Positions 29,000 to 40,025 of a DNA stretch of 64,000 nt are shown here, one piece after another. Both the position numbers and the translations under genes were made by a program. Positions within the stretch are counted from its first letter, which is position 1; every line of letters starts with the position of its first letter. The DNA is taken from the NCBI RefSeq assembly GCF_009914755.1, contig NC_060946.1; one strand, written 5' to 3'. The stretch comes from the human T2T-CHM13v2.0 reference genome, Homo sapiens. Under the pieces are notes generated by a model that was not told where the DNA came from, did no database searches, and saw only the letters and a program-made list of their open reading frames with translations.

Positions 29000-29038
29000 A
29001 TTCCACACACACTCACTTTTCCGATTCCAGCTTTTATT
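29000..29038 (-). terminator. WNT7B polyadenylation signal and downstream GU-rich element
   Basis: Minus strand reads ccAATAAAagctggaatcggaaaagtgagTGTGTGTGG. Confidence 0.8.
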
Positions 29039-29282
29039 GGGCCGAGCACTCCCCTCCAGGGGAGGCTGCCGTCAGAAGGGTGGGGACGCAGCACCTTGGT
29101 CGCCATCACCCCCATCTGGGCCACCCTGACCCCCGTCTCACCCAGGCAAAGGGCCTGTTGCTGGCAGACTTTGGGGTGGGCAGGGGCTCAGTGGGGTGCC
29201 CGGCAGCCAAGGGACAGTGCGAGTGTCTCGGTGGCATCAGGGGCCCCAAGGGTCTGTTGAAGCAGGAGGAGCCTGGTTCGGG

Positions 29283-29410
29283 AGATGGGGGATGGGATGG
29301 GGGGTGGGTATGGGGAATAGGGATGAGGGATGGGATGGGGGATGGGGTCAGGGATGGGATGGGGGATGGGATGAGGGATGAGATGAGGGATGGGGGATGA
29401 GGGATGGGGG
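29283..29410. repeat. (GGGAT/GGGATGA)n simple repeat in the WNT7B 3' UTR
   Basis: Seen directly; C-rich (CCCAU)n in the mRNA. Confidence 0.92.
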
Positions 29411-30380
29411 CCGCAGCCATCCCCCTCTCCGGTACCCAGTGTAGGTCACAATAATTTAAAGACACTATAGACATTTCGACGCTATATAACAACATAAGTT
29501 AACCAGGTTCCTTGCAGAGGCTGCCGGGCCTATGGACTCAGGTGTGTTCTGGGACTTGGGGAAGGTAAGGGGATGGGGCCAGGCTGAGGGTGGGGCATTC
29601 ACGGTGGCCCGGAGACTCAGAGCGTCCAGGCATGGTTAGAGGCACATGGGCTGGACCACAGGGCCAGAGCCCAGGAGGGACCCACTTGCCCCAGGCTGAG
29701 CCCAGGCCCTTGGCTTGTCGGCTGCTCAAGAACACATTCCTACGGGCTTCCAAGAGAACACACCCTAAATGGGGGCCAGGCCGTGGGCAGTGGGGGTGCA
29801 CCAGGAGCCAGCTGCAGACCATCCTCTCTGGCCTCGGACAAGTTCCTCCCTCTGTCACTCATGCTCCTCAGAGACAGGGGTGGGAGCATCCAGAAAGGAC
29901 ATGTCCAGCTCTGGATCCAGATTTTCTCAGCACTGGGGTCAGGGTAAAAGGACCAGGACAGGGCTAGGCGAAGCCTCAAAGGCACCGAGGGGAGTGCAGG
30001 CCCCAATGAGGCTGTCAGGGGGTGGAGGGAGCAGCCAAGTGCCTCAAGGCATGGGAGCTACCTACTGCCACCCCGGGCATCCTGATGTGTTCTCCCAGGT
30101 CCAGAGCCCCAGGCTGGGCAGGAGAAAGGTGGAAGCCTCCAGTCACAGCTGCAGGGTCTCTGGTAGGTCCTTGTGCCACTCTGGGCCTCAGAGTTCCCAT
30201 CTGTCAAGTGGGACAAACATCCCTGACCACTCACCACCTGCCTGACCCCCGCGGCAGCACTGTCCCAGGGGTCAGGCTGGCTCCAGGGGGAAGGGGGTCT
30301 CTGTAAACTGGAGGTGCCAGGCCGGGAGGGTGACAGGATGAGGGAGGGAACGAAGGACTCCTGGAACCTGACGTGGGTGA

Positions 30381-30701
<321 letters not shown>

Positions 30702-31496
30702 ATTGATAGGATTTTCAAAAGAAGGAAAGACGGCATGGAGGAGCCTGTCCATGGCTCTCCTCCAAGGCCCGGTCAGGGCTGTGTGGTCTGAAGAGCCCCT
30801 GCCCAGCTCACTTCTAGGACCTGCAGGCACCGCGTGGTCCCCATCAACCCCAGGCTGCCTCAGCTCTGCAGGGGCAGAGGGCCGGCCAGGTGGGGCCGGG
30901 AAAGGAAACAGAGGGTGTCGAGGGGATGGGCTGACACAGAGTACGGAGTTAGGACTGGCTATGTGTTAGTGCCGAGAATCCTCTTCTGATACTAAGAAAA
31001 CATAAATAATTTGTGTCAACATCTGTCCCCACCGCCCCAGGGCCCAGCGGCAGACCCAGCCTGGGAACTGGTCTGGAGAGGCCAGCCGGCGTAGCTTTTC
31101 TGTGTCCATGCCGCCAGGTGGGGCTGGGGACGCTCAGTCTCCTCATCACTTTGCTCTCTGGGATACAGGTGTGTCCTGGACGTTCATTTTCCCAGAGAGA
31201 AGAAAGAGAACTTGCCGGGCCCCGTCGGGGAGCACCAAGGCCCCTGGCCTTGCTCTCTGGGTGGGTCACGGGTGCTGTTCTGCCGCAGGAGGTGATGGGA
31301 GGAGGTGGCAGGAAGGAGCCCCAGGGAGGCGGGCAGAGGGCGTGGGCCCCGGCCGGTGCCCTCCTGCACCTGGAGCTCCCCGCTTCTGCACCCGTCTATG
31401 TCTGCTGCTGGCAGCACCAAGGCAGGGAAGGTGAGGAGTGGATGTGCAAAATGCCGCCGGGTTCCAGGGTGCCCGCGGCCGCCTCCGGGCCTGGCC

Positions 31497-31976
31497 TCAC
31501 TTGCAGGTGAAGACCTCGGTGCGCTCGCTGCAGGTGTTGCACTTGACGAAGCAGCACCAGTGGAATTTGCAGTTGCACTGCCACACCTTGGTGTACTGGT
31601 GGGTGTTGTAGCCTCGGCCGCAGCACATGGTGTCACAGCCGTCCGCGCCGGGCGACGTGCGGTTGCAGAGACGGCCCTGCGTGCCCACGCTGCCCGTGGC
31701 CGCGTCCTCCTCGCAGTAGTTGGGCGACTTCTCAATGTACACCAGGTCTGTCTCCATGGGCTTCTGATAGCTGCGCAGCTGTTTGATGCGCAGGAAGGTG
31801 GGCTGCCGCAGACGGCTGGCCCGCACCACCTCCACCTGCACGGCCGCGTTGTACTTCTCCTTCAGCAGGTGGCCCACCTCTCGGAACTTGGGCAGCGTGG
31901 TCCAGCAGGTTTTGGTGGTGCAGGAGCCAGACACGCCGTGGCACTTGCACTCCAGCTGCATCCGGTCCTCTAGAAC
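31497..31976 (-). CDS. WNT7B: Wnt-7b exon 4 coding part (480 nt incl. TGA): [19 protein letters not shown]...[14 protein letters not shown]
   Basis: ORF 31497..31961 extended to the acceptor gcAG at 31978-31977. Contains the Wnt signature [10 protein letters not shown] (palmitoleoylated Ser codon at 31931-31929), the basic WNT7 linker [15 protein letters not shown] and the Cys-rich C-terminus CNCKFHWCC. CpG-dense. Confidence 0.99.
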   Translation of the reverse strand, partial: VLEDRMQLECKCHGVSGSCTTKTCWTTLPKFREVGHLLKEKYNAAVQVEVVRASRLRQPTFLRIKQLRSYQKPMETDLVYIEKSPNYCEEDAATGSVGTQGRLCNRTSPGADGCDTMCCGRGYNTHQYTKVWQCNCKFHWCCFVKCNTCSERTEVFTCK

Positions 31977-32084
31977 CTGCGGGTGACAGGGAAGCTGCTC
32001 GGCACGGCATGGCCCAAGCTGGGCCCCTCTAGGTTCCCCTACCCCTGCCTCTAGCCCAGCCCTGGAGCCCGCTCCTCCCCTTGG

Positions 32085-32360
32085 GCTGTGTGACCACAGG
32101 TGAGTGTCTCTCCCTCTCTGACCCTCAGCCTCCTCACCTATTACATGGGGCTGCTAACAATAGGTCTCCACTGCATAGGAGGTTGTGAGGGTACAGTGAG
32201 AATATTCAGGACTTGGCAGAGCCTGCTGTACATTTATTGAAGGTGCTTTGTTAGACTCTCACAGCCCTTCAAGGAGATGCTATATCCTGGTCATGCACTG
32301 GTGAGGAAACCGAGGTTTGGGGCTGTGGGACCTGCTGCAGGTCACAGGCAGCAGGTGGGG
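32085..32360. mobile_element. Adjacent MIR fragments in opposite orientations near the exon 4 acceptor
   Basis: gctgtgtgacc..ctctctgaccctcagcctcctcacct (+), then gtgaggaaaccgagg..ggtcacag (-). Confidence 0.5.
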
Positions 32361-33267
32361 TAGGCCCAGCAACAGTAGGTGCTTAATAAATGCTCATTAC
32401 CCCACCCTGCCATCTCTCCCGCTCCCCACCCTCGAGCTTAGCGTAGGGTCTGGCATGCAGTTGGTGTTTAATGGAAGCCTGGAGTGCCGGTGGCCCTCGG
32501 CGCACGTTGCCCAAGGCCAAGGGGAGCAGGGGAGGCGAGTACACGGATCAGCGAGGCCCGGGCATGCTGAGAAGCCGACAGCCCCGGCCCGCCCGCTGTT
32601 CTTTCTCCCCAGCTCCACAAGGGCCCTCCACGGGTGCAGCCGAGTGTTTTCCTTGGGCCTCCCTCCATGGCCCCGGAAGGCTGATTCCCAGAGCCAGCCC
32701 TGACCCCAGGTACTCATTTACCCGGATCGAAAGGGCCCTGCCAGCCGGGCCTGATTGAAGATGGGGAATTATTAGCTGGCGCCCCACGGCTGCAGAGAGG
32801 CCATTTGTCAGCTGTCAGAGCTCTGCTGGCCTCACTCGGCAGCCCAGCCCTGCCGGGGCTTGGCCACCCTCTGTCCCTCGGGCCAGAACTCACGGTCATG
32901 GGGCACCTGCTGTTGGCCCCCAGCTCTAGCCTAGTGGAGAAGTCCCCCAGAAAATGAATGAATGAATGAGTACAAGAAAAAGAGGGAGAGAACCCCACAG
33001 AGATGGCTACTGCCCCAAGCAGCTTCCCTGGCCTGGTTGCATGAGGTCCTCTGGGGCTCACAGTTCAGCATGGGACATAGTGAAGGTGCTGCGGGAACCC
33101 AGGAGAGCCTAATCCTGCTGCAGTGAGGGTCCTTGAGGTAGGGCTTCCTGGAGGAGGTGTGGGTATTGATGGATGAGTCGGAGCTCGTTAGACAAAGAGG
33201 ACAGCATTCCAGGAGGGGTTCAACATGAGCGAAGGTCTGGAGACCACTGAGCATGAAGGAAAAGGCT

Positions 33268-33933
33268 GGGCCCAAAGGCTCATCAGGTGGGTGCCAGGTG
33301 GGCCCTAGGCTGGCAGGTGGGTGCTGGGGGTCCCAAAGGCTCATCAGGTGGGTGCCGGGTGGGCCCTAGACTGGCAGGTGGGTGCCGGGCGGGCCCTAGG
33401 CTGGCAGGTGGGTGCCGGGGGACCCAAAGGCTCATCAGGCAGGTGCTGGGGGGCCCAAAGGCTCATCAGGCGGGTGCTGGGTGGGCCCTAGAGTGGCAGG
33501 TGGGTGCTGGGTGGGCCCAAAGGCTCATCAGGTGGGCACCAGGTGGGCCCTAGAGTGGCAGGTGGGTGCTGGGTGGGCCTGAAGGCTCATCAGGTGGGTG
33601 CTGGGTGGGCCCTAGGCTGGCAGGTGGGTGCCGGGCGGGCCCAAAGTCTCATCAGGCAGGTGCTGGGTGGGTCCAAAGGCTCATCAGGTGGGTGCTGGGT
33701 GGGCCCTAGGCTGGCAGGTGGGTGCTGGGTGGGCCCAAAGGCACATCAGATGAGTGCTGGGTGGGCCCTAGGCTGGCAGGTGGGTGCTGGGTGGGCCCAA
33801 AGGCTCATCAGGTGGGTGCCGGGTGGGCCCTAGGCTAGCAGGTGGGTGCCGGGTGGGCGCAAAGTCTCATCAGGTGGGTGCTGTGTGGGCCCTAGGCTGG
33901 CAGGTGGGTGCCGGGTGGGCCCTAGGCTGGCAG
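33268..33933. repeat. Composite minisatellite of ~32-bp (A) and 30-bp (B) monomers, ~22 units, intron 3
   Basis: A=GGGCCCAAAGGCTCATCAGGTGGGTGCTGGGT, B=GGGCCCTAGGCTGGCAGGTGGGTGCTGGGT. Confidence 0.95.
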
Positions 33934-36079
33934 CCTGGAGCTGGGGTGTTCTCTGCTCTGCATCAGTGATGCCCTTGGACAAAGACTGGAGAGACTGGGG
34001 AGACTGGAGAGACTTGAGGGAGGTGGGAGAGGGAGGCTGATGTCCCTCCCAGGATGGCAGAGGGTGGGAGGAGCCCGGGTGTCCTGAGAAGAGGGCGGGG
34101 CAGCTTTGGGGAATTGCAGGGCTAAGGGGCATCTGGGCCAAGGTCATGGGCCAGAGCCTGGACTGCGTGTCTGGGCGACCCCCAGAGAGTATATTGGGAC
34201 CTCCTCCCTGCCTCCTGTCCCTCTCCCATCCTGTCCATCACCCCAGCTCCCTGTTCATCTCTGCTGGGATCTGTCCCCTCCTGGAAAAGCCCTTCCCTCC
34301 ACTAACCTGCCCTTCAGGCCTGGAAGCGTCCCTGGCCCTGGCCACACGGCCTGCTCGGATGCTCCCCAGGCCAGGCGCCACCCCAGGAGCTGCCCTGATG
34401 GTGGCCCCTCTCGGAGTTCCCAGCCGGGAGAAGTTCACCCCACCCCGGGCTGCTCACCCTCCTCAGATGGGCCTGGATGGCCGGAGACCTGGCAGGCCTG
34501 TCCAGACTAGAGGGTGTGCAGGCCACGTGGTCTAGGCCCAAGCTGCCCTCTAGTGCTCCTGCTGTGGCCCAGGATGGCTGCCCCTGGTACTGTGCCCTGT
34601 ATCCCTCCCCCTCCTCCCTCCCCTGTCCCTGTCTCCCGGTCTTCATCAAGGCCAGGGAACCCAGCTGCATGCTACTGCCCGCCTGGGGATAATCGGCTCC
34701 CGCAGGGCCAGGCCCGTGACCATCCGCAAATAAAGCCTACTGGGCCGCTGCTTGCAGAGCGAGGGGCCACATCCTCGCTTGGCTGGATCCCTTGGGTCAG
34801 AGCCTCTCCCAGGAAGTGATCACAGGGTTCAAGAATGTGCCGTTTCCTTCTCCAGTGCCCTGGGCATTCGAGCAACAGCAATGGTGGTGCCAGCACTGAG
34901 ACCGGCCCCCTGCCCCAAGAGACCACCTGGCAGGGCACAGAGTGAGCTCATCTTGCTCAGGGGAGCTGCAGGCTGCCGCAGGGGCCGCTCCTCCAGGCCT
35001 TGGTTCCTCCTCGACGCTGGGGGCCTGGTTGGGCAGGGGGGTGGTGGACTGAGGGGGCTCCAGGAAAGGGCCAATTCAATGTTCTTTCCAGAATAAGGGT
35101 GTAGCCTGTGCTCTGGAAACAGTGCTCAGTTACAGCCAGGCAGGGGAGTCATGGGGTTGGTGGACTAAAGTCCTTCCAGGGCGAGACTGACCAGCCCAGG
35201 AGCCTGGCGTCCGATATTCCGGCCACTGGGGCCGACAGAAGGCACCTCACCCTGGATCCTGGCCATGGCCTGCGGCTGTGGAATGAGGTGCCTCACACCC
35301 TCTTCCACAGCACCTCCCATGCTGGCCGGTCCCTGCCCCTAAGTAAGTGTGGCCCTGACCTGTGAGCCCCTCAGGGACACAGCACACGTCTGCTTCACCC
35401 TCTGACCACGAGCCCACAGAGTGGACTGAATGTGGCCTCGAGTGAAGTTACATCATGAGCCACTGGCCGAGAAGGAGAGTGTGGAGGGTGTGCCCCTCCC
35501 AGGATCCGGCGCTCCCATTAGGACGGTGTGAACAATGCGCCCACCCAGCAGGACGCTGTGGACCCTCAGTCAGGGAAGGGCTGTGCCAAGACGTGGGACA
35601 TGGCCAGCTAAGGGGGTTCCCACCCCCTGGCTCCAGGAGCTGGTGGAACTCCACAGCGATAGCTTCTAACCTCATGTCACCAAGAGAGGTGCCCTCAGCT
35701 GTCCGGACAACAGCCCCCAGGCCTCTGCAGATGGACAATCTCTTGCCTTCACTGGGTTGGTCTTGGGGGCATGGCCTCTGTCTGCCCTGCTGACCTGCCT
35801 GCCCCACGTAGCAGTGGGGACCATGTGCCAGGGGCAGAGCTGGGGGCCGGGCACTGGGCACTCAGGTCTCCAAAACCTCAGGGGCTGCTCTGACAGTTTT
35901 CCGCACAGGCACCCTGCGGCAGCCCATTAAAGGTCACCCCCGCCCCCCAGGGAGCTTGGGGAAGGGCAGCCAGGGCCTTGGTCTGGTAGAAGTGGGGGCA
36001 GGGCGGGGGCGGGCCTCCAGACTCTGCCCATCTCACTCTTGCCCATCAGGGACACCAGCCTGGGCCACATGCCAGCTAG

Positions 36080-36887
<808 letters not shown>

Positions 36888-38004
36888 CTAGGGCCCCAGC
36901 ACCAACCCAGGAAGGGCTGGATTCAGTGCTTATGGAAAGTTCCAAAGCCCCACCCTACACCCACCTCCCACTGCCGTGATGCCACCACCCTCGGCCTTCT
37001 CCAAGGGCTCAGACCACGCTTGTGCCCCACAGGTGCACAGGGTCGGGGCAGTGAGGAGTTGGGGGACAAAGTGCATTGCACCCACTGTGCAGATGAGGAG
37101 GTCAAGGCTCAGCAGCAGCGTGGGTCAGCCAGGGCCCCACTGGCCATCCGAGACAAGGCTGGTAGGAGAATTGGCCACTGGCGGCATCATCAGAGCCCTT
37201 TCCTGTGGCTGTCCTCTTTGTCTCCTGCCCACCCGTGGGGACCATCACCAGCTGCCTTGTTTTCCCACCTCCTGTCTCCCCAAGGGCCAGTCCTGCCTCC
37301 ATTTCCCTTCTGCCTTTCCATCACTTGTGAGTCACCAGACACCTCCAAGTCCCACACCAAGTCAGCCCTGGGGTTCACACAGCACCCTAGAGCTAAATCA
37401 GACACACCCCTGGTCCCTGAGTTGGTCAGTGTCACTGCCCCAGGGCCCTGCAATGGCACCTGTAGCCCAGAGACCAACACCACCCTACCCGGCCATCCTG
37501 GCCCTGGTTTCCCCACACTGCATACCACGACCTTGGTTCCCCATGCCTTTACCTGTGCTATTCCCTCTGCCTGGAGTGCTCTTGCCCGCATCTCTGCTGT
37601 GTACACTTCCCCACAAGCAGGGACCTGAGCTTAAGCCTCCAGAGCCACTCATCCAGGTCTGCTGCTCACTCTGAGCCTCACTCTCCTTATCTTTAAAATG
37701 GGGACAGTGAGAGTTTCTTCCCCGGGGGTGTGGGAAAGGCTCTGCTCAGAACCTAAGCAGCTGCAGAGGCTCGAGGATGGTGGTGGTTCCCACGAGGGCT
37801 CAGCCTTGCCTTCTCCTCTTTCTCCTCCTCCTCCAGGGAGTCCTCCCAGATGCCTCCAGGTAGGTGAACCACACTTTCCTCTGGACTCTCAAGGTTCGTA
37901 GGCCTCCTTTATGGCATGGACTGTGATCTGCCTGTACCTGGAGACTAGTGCTCACATGCTGTCTGTGAGTTCCTTGGAGGCAAAGCCTGTGTCACTCATT
38001 CCTT

Positions 38005-38635
38005 TATCCATCCATCTATTCACCCATCCACCCACTCACCCATCCACCCACCCACTGATCCATCCTTTGATTCGTCCATCTACTTATCCTTCCATCCACC
38101 CATCTGTACATCCACCCACCCACCCACCAATACTTCCGTCCATCTTTCCACCCACTCATCCTTCCAACCATCCTTCCACCCATCCCCTCATTCATCCATA
38201 CTTCCATCCATTCATGCATCCATCCACCTGCCCATACACCCATCCTTCCACCCACCCGCCCATCCTTCCCTCCATACTTCCATCCACCCATCCCATTTTC
38301 CATCCATCCATCTTTCCATCCACCCGTGAATCCACTCACCCATCCACCCACCGATCCATCCTTTCATTCATCTGTCTACTTATCCTTCCATCCACCCACC
38401 GATCCACTCAACCATCTACCCACTCATCTATCTCCCCATCCATCTATCTTCCCATGCACTCTTCTATACATCCACCCACTCATCCTTCCATCCATTCATA
38501 CATCCATCCAACCATCTACCCACTCATCCACTCATCTATCTACCCATCCATCTATCCTCCCACTCATCCTTCCATCCATCCACTCATACATCTACCCACC
38601 CATGCATCCACTCATACATCTATCCATCCATCCAA
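38005..38635. repeat. Degenerate (CCAT/CCAC)n simple repeat, ~630 bp
   Basis: Seen directly; gives the spurious His/Pro-rich ORFs. Confidence 0.95.
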
Positions 38636-39753
38636 CAATAACTTAATAACCACCTGCATGATAACCTCCACATCTACAAGAGAAAGTCAAACCCCTGGCC
38701 TGGTGTTCAAGATCTCTTCTGTGCCAGGCCCTACTTGCTTCCCAAGCCCTGTGGCCATCAAAGCTTCACTCTGACACTCTCCTACACAACCAGGACCTCA
38801 CCGTCCTGGGTGTGACCCCTGCACCCCTCATGTGGACCCAGTTCCCACAGCCAGGGCCCTGATTCCTCTCTGCCCCGTGCCCAGCCTAGCACCTGACACA
38901 GAAAAGGGCATTGAGTGACCAGTGGCCTCAGCTATGGTCCCTGGGCCCGAGGGATTCTTCAGCTCCACTTTGCCTGGAACGGCAAGTCTGTCCCACACCT
39001 GAGGAGCCCCCTAGGCTCTGCTGCCCTGGGTGCAGCCCCCAGGCCTCGGAGCCGGAGCCGGCTGGGCGTTCCACTTGGCTGGCCACCCTATCTCAGGCCA
39101 TCTTGCCGCCGTGCGGCTGCTCCTCCCAGCCCAGTATCTGGGGCCCTCATCTCCAGTGGGCGGGGCCCGGCTTGCTCTGACTTCTTCCCCGGTGTGTCCC
39201 TGCCTGAATTTCCTCCATTGCCACCCACCACACTCCGTCCCGCCCCATGCAGGAGCGGCCTGCTCCCCAGCAGCCCCCGGCTCACAGCTTCCACCTTCCT
39301 CAGGCTGCTCCTGCCTCCTGGGGGCATCCCTTCCTTGCTGAGCAAAAAGGCTGCCTCTGCCAGGAACTCTTTCCTGGTGTGCCGATGTGACCTCCAGGAC
39401 CAGGAACGCCAAGGGCAGGGACATGGGCTGTGGCCTGGGACCCTCCCCCACGGGGTCCCCAGCCAAGCCCAGCTCACACCCTGCATGGAAATGGAGTCCC
39501 CATCTTCCCTGGGGGCCGTGAGCATCGCGTTGGCATTCAGAGCCTCGGCTCTCACATCTCTGGATGGGGACAGCCTCCTCCCGGTGCTGGGAGGCTCAGA
39601 GCCATGCACGTGGAGGACCCAGACGGCCCCACCCCCTGCACACCTACGGAGACTCAACTGCTTCTGCTAGAAGAGGAGCCTGAGGCTCCGAGAGGTCAGC
39701 GGGTGATACAGCGGTCCCAGCTACGGCCCCCACCAGCCGCACCCGCACCCTAC

Positions 39754-40025
39754 CTTCCTGCCGGCCTCATTGTTATGCAGGTTCATGAGGCGCCGCGCGT
39801 TCTTCTTGATCTCCCGAGCGTCCACGAAGCGCCGGGAGAAGTCGATGCCGTAACGCACGTCGGCCGAGCAGCCGCCCCACTTCCAGCCCTCGGCTTGGTT
39901 GTAGTAGCCCTGCTTCTCGCGGTCGCAGCCGCAGTTGCTCAGGTTCCCTTGGCTGCAGGCAGCGGTGACGGCGTGCGCCACGCCAGCCGCGGTGATGGCG
40001 TACGTGAAGGCAGCCTCACGGCTCC
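39754..40025 (-). CDS. WNT7B: Wnt-7b exon 3 (272 nt): (G)[90 protein letters not shown]
   Basis: Wnt motifs REAAF, WKWGGCS and [10 protein letters not shown]. Acceptor ccgcAG at 40027-40026; donor AAG|GTAGG at 39753. In frame with exons 2 and 4. Confidence 0.98.

Noticed and set aside
29454-29471. ATTTAAAGACACTATAGA resembles the SP6 phage promoter (possible vector contamination)
   Set aside because: Lacks the GGT of ATTTAGGTGACACTATAG and has no vector or polylinker sequence around it; a chance match within the UTR.
31305-31973. 222-aa + strand ORF antisense to exon 4 (likewise 39430-40188 and 58482-59051)
   Set aside because: Shadow ORFs caused by GC-rich codon usage of the WNT7B exons; no recognisable domain.
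33268-33933. CRISPR-like repeat/spacer appearance
   Set aside because: The variable parts come in only two recurring types, the context is eukaryotic and there are no cas genes; it is a minisatellite.
37911-38774. 287-aa His/Pro/Ser-rich ORF
   Set aside because: Translation of the (CCAT)n simple repeat.
39721-39753. Read-through of the exon 3 donor giving a short [10 protein letters not shown] tail
   Set aside because: The donor is canonical and nothing in the sequence supports a retained-intron isoform.
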